From: Clostridia bacterium
GTDB taxonomy: Bacteria; Bacillota; Clostridia; UMGS1883
Reading direction: 5' to 3'
Length of the DNA stretch: 46,103 nucleotides
Assembly: GCA_021202495.1 (NCBI GenBank)
Contig: JAJQCX010000066.1
Span: 1-46,103 of the forward strand
The translations under genes were made by a program, and so were the position numbers. This document shows positions 16,667 through 25,334 of the stretch, piece after piece. The notes beneath the pieces were generated by a model. It had not been told where the DNA came from, ran no database searches, and saw nothing but the letters and a program-made list of their open reading frames with translations. Numbering within the stretch: position 1 is the stretch's first letter; the number at the start of each line of letters is the position of its first letter.

Positions 16667-17617
16667 ATGAGAAAATCATTGTGGTTGGTTTGGATAATTT
16701 GCGCCTTGCTTCTTGTTTTACTGGCAGTGCTTATGTTTACGGAGCAAAAATCAAAAAACGAAAAAACAACGCAGATAGAATCTGTCAATCGAAATTCCGC
16801 TTTATATGAAAATCGGCTTGCCGCGCTTGAGGCGGAGCTTGAGGAAAAGCGCGCCGCTCTCGAATCCTTTGAGGAAAACGGCTTTGTGTGCGTTGCCGCC
16901 AAGGTTTCATCCGCAAGCGAGCTCGACACCGTTTCCTCATGGCTTGACGAATATGACTATCCCCTCACCGTCATTATCGACACCGATCTTTCATCATCAA
17001 GCATTTCACCCATTTTAAGCGAGATGAGAAGCCTTGACATTCAAAGCGTAATGTATTGCGGCAGCACATACGACTGGGCTGAAAATACCGAAGACACTGA
17101 TCTTCTCCTTTCGAGAAGCAATCTTTCCCAATGCGGCATTGCCTATTTTGATTACGCCGCGTCATATTCGCAAATCTCAGCCGCCCAATCGACGGGTATG
17201 CGGGGCTACAGCAGCCCATTCACATCTGCGGATGATTTCAATACCGATATGAATGACGACGATATTTCCTCAATCGGGCATGTTCTCATTTCATCCGACA
17301 CATCGTCGGAAATTGACGACATAGCAGCCACCGCCGCCGAGGAATGCAAAATCTTCATTCTCGCAATAGATATGACTGAGCTCGATACCTCTTTCACCGC
17401 AAACTCCGCGAAGCAGGCTCTTAAAACAATTGACGCTTACGTTGAAGAAGGAACACTGCAAGTCGTCTCAATGGATGAATATTTGGAGCATTTCGACGAA
17501 GGCTACGACGAACGACAAGCCGCAAAAGCCGAATTTGAAGCATACGAAAAAGAGGCTCTCGCCGAAATCGCCGAGATTGAAGCAGCGCTTGACGAAATGT
17601 ATGCTATAATAGAGTAA
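16667..17617 (+). CDS. Membrane-anchored protein of unknown function with coiled-coil segments
   Basis: 316-aa ORF with a good RBS and an N-terminal TM helix (LWLVWIICALLLVLLAVLMF). Coiled-coil-like stretches flank an acidic central domain: LAALEAELEEKRAALE near the N-terminus and AEFEAYEKEALAEIAEIEAALDEM at the C-terminus. No family was recognised. Confidence 0.6.
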   Translation: MRKSLWLVWIICALLLVLLAVLMFTEQKSKNEKTTQIESVNRNSALYENRLAALEAELEEKRAALESFEENGFVCVAAKVSSASELDTVSSWLDEYDYPLTVIIDTDLSSSSISPILSEMRSLDIQSVMYCGSTYDWAENTEDTDLLLSRSNLSQCGIAYFDYAASYSQISAAQSTGMRGYSSPFTSADDFNTDMNDDDISSIGHVLISSDTSSEIDDIAATAAEECKIFILAIDMTELDTSFTANSAKQALKTIDAYVEEGTLQVVSMDEYLEHFDEGYDERQAAKAEFEAYEKEALAEIAEIEAALDEMYAIIE

Positions 17618-17626
17618 TTAAGTAAA

Positions 17627-17670
17627 ATAAAACCCGAAAAGCCGTTACAAGCTTTCGGGTTTTTATTTTA
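17627..17670. terminator. Rho-independent terminator (A/T tracts on both sides)
   Basis: AAAATAAAACCCGAAAAGCCGTTACAAGCTTTCGGGTTTTTATTTT: a stem ACCCGAAA / TTTCGGGT flanked by an A-run and a T-run. Confidence 0.7.
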
Positions 17671-17798
17671 TCTTTCCGACAAAATCGCACTCCAAATATC
17701 CATATGCTGCTCGCTCTTCCCGTCCGCAATCGCGCCTATAAATTATCTCCCAATATCGCAAATCGGAGCGAAAACCGCAATTTTCGCCCCGATAATTT

Positions 17799-18830
17799 TT
17801 ATTCCGCTATCGTAAATACCGACAAATCAACCTTACTCAGCGCGTCCTCGTCAATTTCGAGAGGATATTCCTCCATCCACGCTTCCATGTTTTCCGAAAC
17901 ATAGTTCATTCCCGCGGTAAGCCGAGCGTTTTCGACATATGTGTCATACGTCTCCGTTCCCTCTGCGGGAAGCGCGTAACGCTTTATAACGTGATAGCCG
18001 TAATCCGTTCTCACGGGCTCGCTTATTTCGCCGACCTCAAGCGCCAGCGCCGCCTCGTAAAATTCGTCAACCATTTCGCCTTCGGTGAATACATATCCGC
18101 TCTCGGCGTCCTGTCCCGTATCGGTGTCATATTCTTCAATCAGCGATTCAAAGTTCTCTCCCGCGATAGCCTTATTGTAAATTTCGGTCGACTGCGCCAA
18201 AACCTCATCCTCGCTCATGTCGTCCGAGAACTGAATTAAAATGTGCTTTGCGCAGATATAATTGTCCTCAAATTCCGCCGCCGCGTCCTCGTCGGAGCAA
18301 ATGTCATACGATATGGCGTAAATTGCGCCCACGCTTTCAAGGTACTTTTTCGCCGCGTCAACCGTGTAATACTCCGCAAGCATCTCCTCAAACGCTTCTT
18401 CTCCGCCGTAGTCGTTTTCTATCATGTCCAAAACCTTCGCTTCGGCGTCCTCGTCGGAATAAATTCCCTTCATCTCGGCGTAATTTCTTATCGCCAAATA
18501 CTGATGTGCCGCGTCAAGACCCGTTTCGAGCAAATATTCACGCGCCGTCACGCCGGTTTCGACCTCGTAGTCCTCCCAGCCGTCGGCAAAAAGCGTTTCG
18601 TTATAAAGCTCGTTCATGTCGTCATAGAGCTTGTCCGCAATGTAGAAAATGAGGTCGTCCTCCGTTATTTCCTGCTCTCCCACTCTCGCCAAAACGCCCT
18701 CGGGCAAATCAACGCTCACAGAGGTTTCCGTTGTCTTTTTGGTCGCCTCTTCATCCGTCTGTCCTCCGCAGCCCGACAGCGCCGACACGCACAGCGCGGC
18801 AGCTGCCGCAAGGCACAAAATCTTCTTCAT
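17799..18830 (-). CDS. PrsA-like lipoprotein, parvulin-type peptidyl-prolyl isomerase
   Basis: 343-aa ORF with a signal peptide and lipobox (LSGC). The PpiC/parvulin domain reads CAKHILIQF...GYVFTEGEMVDEFYEAALALEVGEISEPVRTDYGYHVIKR. Confidence 0.85.
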   Translation of the reverse strand: MKKILCLAAAAALCVSALSGCGGQTDEEATKKTTETSVSVDLPEGVLARVGEQEITEDDLIFYIADKLYDDMNELYNETLFADGWEDYEVETGVTAREYLLETGLDAAHQYLAIRNYAEMKGIYSDEDAEAKVLDMIENDYGGEEAFEEMLAEYYTVDAAKKYLESVGAIYAISYDICSDEDAAAEFEDNYICAKHILIQFSDDMSEDEVLAQSTEIYNKAIAGENFESLIEEYDTDTGQDAESGYVFTEGEMVDEFYEAALALEVGEISEPVRTDYGYHVIKRYALPAEGTETYDTYVENARLTAGMNYVSENMEAWMEEYPLEIDEDALSKVDLSVFTIAE

Positions 18831-18874
18831 TAAAAATCATCTCCAAAATTATTTAGTAATAAATATATAATACA

Positions 18875-20449
18875 TCATTTATCGGGATTTTGCAAGCATG
18901 ATAACACAAATTTAATGTTGTTAATCAAAGTTTTTTCATCGGGCTTTTTCATTCTTATCAAAATATACGGCTTATCGCCCGCGCTGAAAAGGATTTTCAC
19001 AACTCCGCTCGTCGAAATTTTCGACAAAACCTTTATATCAGGCGTCCTCGATTTCAAAAATCTCAGCGTCACACCCTCGTCCGACTGCGAAACATCCGTA
19101 ATTCCGACATCTCTTGCCGCCGCCTTTATCAGCGCCACCTGCATAAGAGTGTCGCAGCTTTCGGGCACGGTGCCGTAACGATCCTCCAATTCCTCCTGAA
19201 CCTTGTAATAATCGTTCACGTCCTCGATTGCCACAATCAGCTTGTATGCCTCTATTATCAGGCTTTCCGACTCAATATATTCCTTCGGAATATACGCGTT
19301 CACCTTAAGGTCAATCTGCGGCTCAGCCTTCTTTTCCTCGGGCGGCAAGCCCATCGATTCATTAACTGCCTCGGAAAGTATCTGACAATAGGTGTCATAT
19401 CCCACCGCCGCCATAAAGCCGTGCTGCTCAGGTCCCAGCACATTTCCCGCGCCGCGAATTTCCAAATCGCGCATCGCAATCTTAAATCCCGAACCAAATT
19501 CGGTAAATTCCTTTATCGCCCGAAGCCTTTTTTCCGCCACCTCATCAAGCGATTTAGTCGGGTTGAACGTAAAATAGGCATATGCCAGCCTGTTCGTCCT
19601 CCCCACTCTGCCGCGAAGCTGATAGAGCTGCGCCAATCCAAAGCGGTTTGCATCTTCAATTATGATTGTGTTCACGTTCTGCACGTCCATGCCCGTTTCG
19701 ATAATCGTCGTGCAGACCAAAACGTCTATCTCGTGGTTTAAGAGCCTTATCATCGTGCGTTCAAGCTGCGTTTCGTTCATCTGCCCGTGCGCCATTTCAA
19801 CTCTCGCCTCCGGCACCATCGCCGCAATCTCCGCCGTAAGTTTTTCCATTCCGTTCACGCGGTTTGACACGTAATAAACCTGCCCGCCTCGCGCCAGCTC
19901 GCGCTCAATCGCGTTTTGCACAATCACGCGGTTATATTCCAAAACATATGTCTGCACCGGATAGCGGTCGTCGGGCGGATTTAACAGCACGCTCATGTCG
20001 CGTATGCCGACCATCGCCATGTGCAGCGTCCGCGGTATCGGCGTTGCCGAAAGCGTCAGCACGTCCACATTCTTTTTTATTTCTTTTATCTTTTCCTTGT
20101 GCGTCACGCCGAAGCGCTGCTCCTCGTCGATTATGAGCATCCCAAGCCGCTTATATTCAATTTTCGGCGAAAGAAGCTTGTGCGTGCCTATCACAACGTC
20201 GCACGTCCCGTTTCGGAGCATTTTCAGCGTTTCCGCCGTCTCTTTTTGCGAGGAAAAACGCGAGAGCATTCTCACCGTAATGGCAAACTTCTTCATTCTC
20301 TGTTCAAAATTCGTGTATTGCTGCTGCGCCAAAATCGTCGTCGGCACAAGATACGCCACCTGATAGCCCGAATCCACCGCCTTAAACGCCCCACGCATCG
20401 CGACCTCCGTCTTGCCGTAGCCCACGTCGCCGCAGAGCAGTCTGTCCAT
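18875..20449 (-). CDS. mfd: Transcription-repair coupling factor Mfd, C-terminal 524 aa (after in-frame TAA)
   Basis: The ORF begins [25 protein letters not shown] (helicase motif I). It also has the DEEQRFGV motif II, the remaining helicase motifs and the TRG region. It is in the same frame as 20462-22192. Confidence 0.92.
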   Translation of the reverse strand: [524 protein letters not shown]

Positions 20450-20461
20450 CGGACGCTGCGA

Positions 20462-22192
20462 TTACATGTCTTTTTTCATTTCCTCAATCGCCCGCAGCTG
20501 ATCTTCGGTTTCCTCATAGGGAAATTCGTCCTCAAATTCTCTCTGCCATGGCGAATCGGGGTCAAAAGCTGTCCCCTTTGCCACGCTTCTTTCGGCGTAA
20601 AGTTCTGTCAGCTTTTTTGCCATCTCGGCGACGTTTTTCTTCACCTTTGCCTTTGCCGCCGCCCATTCCGCACCGCCGAGCTTGTTAATCTTAACTCCCG
20701 CACCCTCGCCCGCGCCGACGTATTTTCCTATCAAATTGAGCTGCTCTACGGGGATGTAAAGATAGTCCGCGCCTCTGTATTCAATCTTAAAATAATCGCG
20801 CGTTATTCCGTCCACCTCAAGACGCTGCATTCCAATGTATTTGCCTATGCCGTGTACGTTATGCACCACCAAATCGCCCGGCACAATGTCGTCCGCGCTC
20901 TTGAGTTTCGACGTCCCCGGCTCCTTTTTGACCTTGCGCTTTTTCTTCTCCGCCGCGAATATTTCCCTGTCGCTTACGATAACAGTCTGTACAAGCGGGT
21001 ATTCAAAGCCCTTCGTAACCGAGCCGTGCGTCACAATCGCCGCGTCCCTTGCGTCTCCCGCGCTTTCAATGTCCTCGGCATAAACCGCCTTAAAGCCGCG
21101 CTCGCGCATCGCTTCGCAGAGCTTCCCCGCTCTTTCGCGGCTGCCGCCCAAAACGTAAATCTTGTAGTGCGCCGCCGTCCACATCTTCAAATCGTCGTAT
21201 AAAAACTCGATGTTTCCGCCGTAATTCTGCATCGTTTTCGCAGTCAGGTTAAACGTAGATTTCGGCTTTACGTCGGGGCACGCACGCGAAAGCGCCGCAA
21301 CGGACAAAACGTTTTCCTTTGCAATCTTGCCCATTAGCTTTGAGTAATCTTGGATATACTCTTTTTTCGCGTCAACCTCGCCGCCGCTTTCCATCAGCGT
21401 CTTTATGTTTTCCTCAAGCTCGAGCCTCACAGCCTCCGCGCTTTCGGAAATTCTCACCGGTTCGTCAAGTATAACCAAATCGCCGTGATTGATATACGAC
21501 AAAATGCTCCCCGCAAACGAGCGCGACGACGCGGGAATAATTTTCACACTGTCGCGCTTCGCCGCCGAAAGCTGCGTTTCGGTGTCGAAAACTTTTATCA
21601 AATCGACCTCGTCGCCGAAAAATTCAATCCTGTACGGCTCCGACGACGGCGGGTATAAGTCCACAATTCCGCCTCTCACGGCAAACTGCCCCTGTCCCGC
21701 AACGCTGTCAAGACGCGTGTAGCCCATTTTTATGAGCCTTTCCGTCAACTCACTCATCGGCATTTCATCGCCCGTCTTAAGCTCCAACGTCATGCTGTCA
21801 AGCTCATCTGACGGCAGCACATATTCCAAAAACGACAGCACGCTCATTATGACAAAATCCTTTTGCGCAATCTCCGTCAGCGCGCCCATGCGGTTGTTTT
21901 CCGCCGCGTTGTCCGCCGCCTCTATTTTATAGAGTAAAACGTCCGTCTCAGGCACCATCACGGCTCTCTGCGGAGCGAAAAACGAAATGTCGTCGTAAAG
22001 CTTTCTCGCCTGCAGCTCGCTGTGCGTGATGATAAATCCTTTTTTGTTAAGATTTTTTAATAGCGACACGACAAAATGAGCCTTCACCGATTCTGAAGGC
22101 CCCACTATATGTATCGGATAATTGTCATTTTGCGCCGCGCTTAATATATCCTCATATTCCGCGCTCTCCGCGAGCAGATTTTCAAACCTCAT
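20462..22192 (-). CDS. mfd: Transcription-repair coupling factor Mfd, N-terminal 576 aa ending at in-frame TAA
   Basis: It contains a UvrB-homology N-terminal region and the RNAP-interaction (CarD-like) domain GDLVVHNVHGIGKY. It ends ...EETEDQLRAIEEMKKDM-TAA. The start overlaps the pth stop (ATGA). Confidence 0.92.
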   Translation of the reverse strand: MRFENLLAESAEYEDILSAAQNDNYPIHIVGPSESVKAHFVVSLLKNLNKKGFIITHSELQARKLYDDISFFAPQRAVMVPETDVLLYKIEAADNAAENNRMGALTEIAQKDFVIMSVLSFLEYVLPSDELDSMTLELKTGDEMPMSELTERLIKMGYTRLDSVAGQGQFAVRGGIVDLYPPSSEPYRIEFFGDEVDLIKVFDTETQLSAAKRDSVKIIPASSRSFAGSILSYINHGDLVILDEPVRISESAEAVRLELEENIKTLMESGGEVDAKKEYIQDYSKLMGKIAKENVLSVAALSRACPDVKPKSTFNLTAKTMQNYGGNIEFLYDDLKMWTAAHYKIYVLGGSRERAGKLCEAMRERGFKAVYAEDIESAGDARDAAIVTHGSVTKGFEYPLVQTVIVSDREIFAAEKKKRKVKKEPGTSKLKSADDIVPGDLVVHNVHGIGKYIGMQRLEVDGITRDYFKIEYRGADYLYIPVEQLNLIGKYVGAGEGAGVKINKLGGAEWAAAKAKVKKNVAEMAKKLTELYAERSVAKGTAFDPDSPWQREFEDEFPYEETEDQLRAIEEMKKDM

Positions 22193-22761
22193 TTCTTCTC
22201 CTTAGCGCTCCCGTTAAATTTATTCATCGCCTCATCAACTCCGGATGAAATAATCGTCTTGATAATCTCGGGAGCCAGTCTAATCGCGTCTGACACGCTC
22301 TCACCGTCCTCCTCCGAAAAATGCCCCAGCACATGATCTATCATGTTGTACTGCGCCTTTCCCACACCAAAGCGAACCCGCACAAAGTCCTCGCTTCCGA
22401 GCTGATAAATTATCGACTTTATCCCGTTGTGCCCTCCGGCGCTTCCTTTGGGGCGCACTCTTATTTTTCCGACCTCCAAATCGACGTCGTCATACATCAC
22501 GATTATTTTATTCGGTTCAATCTTAAAATATTCCGCTGCCTCTCTCACACTCTCGCCGCTGAGGTTCATAAATGTCTGCGGTTTGAGCAAAAGGCACTTC
22601 TCCCCCGCAATCATTCCGTCGCCGCACGCGCCTTTAAATTTCAGCTTCGTCAGCTTAATATTTTGATCGTACGCCAAATAATCCAGCGCCACAAACCCAA
22701 CGTTGTGGCGCGTTTTTTCATATTCTTTCCCCGGATTTCCCAAGCCGGCAATAAGATACAT
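22189..22761 (-). CDS. pth: Peptidyl-tRNA hydrolase
   Basis: 190-aa ORF containing GLGNPGKEYEKTRHNVGF and GGHNGIKS. Confidence 0.95.
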   Translation of the reverse strand: MYLIAGLGNPGKEYEKTRHNVGFVALDYLAYDQNIKLTKLKFKGACGDGMIAGEKCLLLKPQTFMNLSGESVREAAEYFKIEPNKIIVMYDDVDLEVGKIRVRPKGSAGGHNGIKSIIYQLGSEDFVRVRFGVGKAQYNMIDHVLGHFSEEDGESVSDAIRLAPEIIKTIISSGVDEAMNKFNGSAKEKK

Positions 22762-22780
22762 TCCAAAATCAATCCTTTAT

Positions 22781-22805
22781 ACAGTTCAGCCGCTTCGCGG
22801 CTGAA
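22781..22805. repeat. Solo copy of the REP-like hairpin ACAGTTCAGCCG-CTTCG-CGGCTGAA
   Basis: It lies in the 53-nt prs-pth spacer. The stem TTCAGCCG / CGGCTGAA (22785-22792 and 22798-22805) has loop CTTCG. The sequence is identical to what is obtained by joining 8012-8024 to 8251-8264 in the other locus. No U tract follows on either strand. Confidence 0.6.
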
Positions 22806-22814
22806 TCGCTACAA

Positions 22815-23780
22815 TTATTTCGCAGGTGCAAACAGCGGGCTTATCGACTCGTCCTCATATATGCGCTCAATCGCTCTCGCGAATATGTCCGCAACCGACA
22901 GCACCTTTATGTTGTCCGCCCTCTTTTCCTCGGGCAGTTCAATCGTATCGAGCACAAGAAGCTCCTTTATTGGCGACGCCGCTATTCTCTCAAGCGCCGG
23001 ACCCGAAAGCACAGGGTGTGTGCAGCAAGCGTATACTTCCTTTGCGCCGCGATCCACCAACGCCTGCGCGCCGTGCGTTATTGTTCCCGCCGTGTCAATC
23101 ATGTCGTCGACAAGGATAACTCTCTTGTCCCTTATGTCGCCTATTATGTTCATTACCTCGCTCACGTTGGGGCGCGGTCTGCGCTTGTCGATTATCGCAA
23201 TCGGTGCGTTCACAATCTGCGCAAAATTTCTCGCTCTCGTCACGCTGCCAAAGTCCGGCGACACGATAACAACGTCCTCCATCGACTCGAACTTTTCCAT
23301 GTAATACGGCGCTAAGATGGGAACGCCCAGCAAATGATCAACCGGTATGTCAAAGAAGCCCTGTATCTGCGCCGCGTGCAAATCCATCGTCAAAACTCTC
23401 GACGCTCCCGCCGACGTGATAAGGTTTGCCACAAGCTTTGCCGTGATAGGATCTCTCGCCTTTGCCTTACGATCCTGTCTCGCATAGCCGAAGTACGGCA
23501 TAACAGCGACAATTCTTCCCGCGGAAGCGCGCTTGCAGGCGTCAATCATAATGAGAAGCTCCATCAAATGGTCGTTCACCGGATCGCACGTCGACTGAAT
23601 GATAAACACATCGCTTCCGCGAACCGTCTCATTCAAATTGACAAATACCTCTCCGTCCGAAAACTTCCCCACCTTATTCGATGATAATGGAAGATTTAAA
23701 TGATTGGCAATGCTCATTGCCAAATTGGGGTTTGAATTTGCCGAAAAAATTTTGATGTTCTTTCCGCTGTGCTGCAGCAT
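22815..23780 (-). CDS. prs: Ribose-phosphate pyrophosphokinase
   Basis: 321-aa ORF containing [18 protein letters not shown] and the PRPP-binding motif [13 protein letters not shown]. Confidence 0.96.
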   Translation of the reverse strand: MLQHSGKNIKIFSANSNPNLAMSIANHLNLPLSSNKVGKFSDGEVFVNLNETVRGSDVFIIQSTCDPVNDHLMELLIMIDACKRASAGRIVAVMPYFGYARQDRKAKARDPITAKLVANLITSAGASRVLTMDLHAAQIQGFFDIPVDHLLGVPILAPYYMEKFESMEDVVIVSPDFGSVTRARNFAQIVNAPIAIIDKRRPRPNVSEVMNIIGDIRDKRVILVDDMIDTAGTITHGAQALVDRGAKEVYACCTHPVLSGPALERIAASPIKELLVLDTIELPEEKRADNIKVLSVADIFARAIERIYEDESISPLFAPAK

Positions 23781-23804
23781 ATCTGTATCCTCCCTAACAA
23801 AAAT

Positions 23805-24806
23805 TTATTCGCCTTTAATTTGCGTAAACGCTTTAACTTCTTCTCCGTCCTTAATCACGGCATTTTCAACCGCCGCAAATTCTATTTTGCAGCCCGCGCC
23901 GATAACGCTTTTCTCAATTCGGCAGCACGGACCTATAACGGCATTCTCCCCCACAATCGTTCCCGCGCCTATCATCGTCGACGGGAAAATCACGCTGTCG
24001 CGCCCGATGGTCACGTCGTCTTCTATGTATGTATTGTCAATGTCCTTTATCGTAACGCCTGCCCGTGCGTGCGCCTCGTTTATGCGCCGCTGCATTACCT
24101 TTTCCGCCGCCTCAAGCTGCACTCTGTCGTTCACGCCCGAAATTTCCTCCGCGTCTTCGACCTCATACGCTCCGACGCGCAGTCCCGCGCTTCTCATTAT
24201 CGCAAGCGTGTCCGTCAGATAATACTCATTTTGCGCATTGTCGTTCGTCAGCTTGTCCAACGCTTCAAGCAGCGCCTCCGAATTAAAAACATACATTCCC
24301 GAATTTATTTCATGCACATTTTTTTCTTCCTCGTTTGCATCCTTCTGCTCCACAATTTTTTCCACAAGCGCGTTTTCGTCTCTTATTATCCGCCCATAGC
24401 CGAACGGATTGTCAACTCTCGCCGTCAGCACTGTGCAGACATTGGCGTTTTCAACATGGCTCTTTGCCGCGCCCTCAAGCGTTTTTGCCGTGATAAGCGG
24501 CGTATCTCCCGCCAAAATCATCACGTTTTCGCTTTTTTTAATAAACTCTCGCGCCTGCATAACGGCATGCCCGGTGCCAAGTTGCTCCTTTTGCGTCACA
24601 TATTGAGCATTTTCGCCCAACGCCGCCGTCACCATGTCGGCTCTATGCCCCACAACAACGCAAGCCTTTTCCGCACCCGCCTTTTTCGCTTCTTCGACAA
24701 CTCTCACGACCATTCCCTTGCCGCAAACCTCAAACGTCGTCTTCGAAAAAGCGGATTTCATCCTCTTTCCCTCGCCTGCCGCAAGTACAACCAGTGCAAA
24801 GCTCAT
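23805..24806 (-). CDS. glmU: GlmU-like N-acetylglucosamine-1-phosphate uridyltransferase, short form lacking most of the acetyltransferase domain
   Basis: 333-aa ORF with N-terminal LAAGEGKRMKS, plus GTGHAV and YYLTD uridyltransferase motifs. Only a few left-handed beta-helix hexapeptide turns follow before the stop. It holds the conserved position between spoVG and prs. Confidence 0.8.
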   Translation of the reverse strand: MSFALVVLAAGEGKRMKSAFSKTTFEVCGKGMVVRVVEEAKKAGAEKACVVVGHRADMVTAALGENAQYVTQKEQLGTGHAVMQAREFIKKSENVMILAGDTPLITAKTLEGAAKSHVENANVCTVLTARVDNPFGYGRIIRDENALVEKIVEQKDANEEEKNVHEINSGMYVFNSEALLEALDKLTNDNAQNEYYLTDTLAIMRSAGLRVGAYEVEDAEEISGVNDRVQLEAAEKVMQRRINEAHARAGVTIKDIDNTYIEDDVTIGRDSVIFPSTMIGAGTIVGENAVIGPCCRIEKSVIGAGCKIEFAAVENAVIKDGEEVKAFTQIKGE

Positions 24807-24855
24807 ATCTTTATCGCCGTCCTTTCGGTTTATTTACATAACAGATTTACATAAT

Positions 24856-24885
24856 AAAAAGGCACGCCGGCAAGCTGCCTTTTTA
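24856..24885 (-). terminator. Rho-independent terminator after spoVG
   Basis: On the minus strand, AAAAAGGCAGCTTGCCGGCGTGCCTTTTTATT: a GC-rich stem flanked by an A-run and a T-run. Confidence 0.65.
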
Positions 24886-24888
24886 TAC

Positions 24889-25164
24889 TCAAAGAGCGTT
24901 CTCCTGCTCCTTGAGCGCCTCATAATATTTTGCAAGGATAGCATTTTGCAGCTTCTCCCTCATTTCGCCGTTTATCGGGTGAACAATGTCCTTATATTCG
25001 CCCTCCGCGTTTCTTCTGCTGGGCATAGCGATAAACGTCTTTTCCTGCCCCTCAATAACCTTAATGTCATGTATGACAAGCATATTGTCCAGCGTAACCG
25101 AGACAATAGCCTTCATCTTACCTTCATCTGTCATTTTTCTCACTTTAATATCTGTTATTTCCAC
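24889..25164 (-). CDS. spoVG: Septation/regulatory protein SpoVG
   Basis: 91-aa [13 protein letters not shown]....[23 protein letters not shown]....FIAMPSRR......KDIVHPIN, with a GTG start preceded by AGGAGGT. Confidence 0.93.
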   Translation of the reverse strand: MEITDIKVRKMTDEGKMKAIVSVTLDNMLVIHDIKVIEGQEKTFIAMPSRRNAEGEYKDIVHPINGEMREKLQNAILAKYYEALKEQENAL

Positions 25165-25334
25165 TCTTCTCGGTACCTCCTAAAAAAATATTTGTACAAA
25201 GTTATCTAAAGATACTTGATTTTTCCTCCATAATTGTATAATATCAAAAGAGCGGATATTTTTCAATACCATTTGATAAAATTTTTTATAATCTTAATAT
25301 ATGGTGCCCCGGAAAGGGCAGAAAGGCATTCATT

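Noticed and set aside
14616-20464. Stop-codon reassignment (TAG or TAA read as sense, or pyrrolysine) as the explanation for the split pheT and mfd genes.
   Set aside because: TAA ends infB, pheS, pheT, prs and the MMPL gene at their natural C-termini. TAG ends the HAD phosphatase and TetR genes at theirs. No pyl genes or suppressor tRNA are visible in the window. A local mutation or an assembly error is more parsimonious.
20021-21202. Long ORFs antisense to well-supported genes. Examples are 20021-21202 opposite mfd, 22321-23304 opposite pth/prs, 23769-24854 opposite glmU, 35295-36113 opposite the beta-helix gene, 37734-38681 opposite the HAD gene, and 15221-15889 opposite pheS.
   Set aside because: Each lies entirely inside a gene with unmistakable conserved motifs on the other strand. 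Their translations are low-complexity and Arg/Leu/Phe-rich with no recognisable motifs. None has a convincing RBS. This is the typical shadow-ORF artefact of codon bias.
25165-25334. A sigma-H-type promoter for spoVG and a TGTATAAT extended -10 (about 25235-25242) for murC in the divergent spacer.
   Set aside because: The extended -10 is plausible but lacks a well-spaced -35. The sigma-H match (AGGAAAA ... GATA) is too weak to claim without mapping data.
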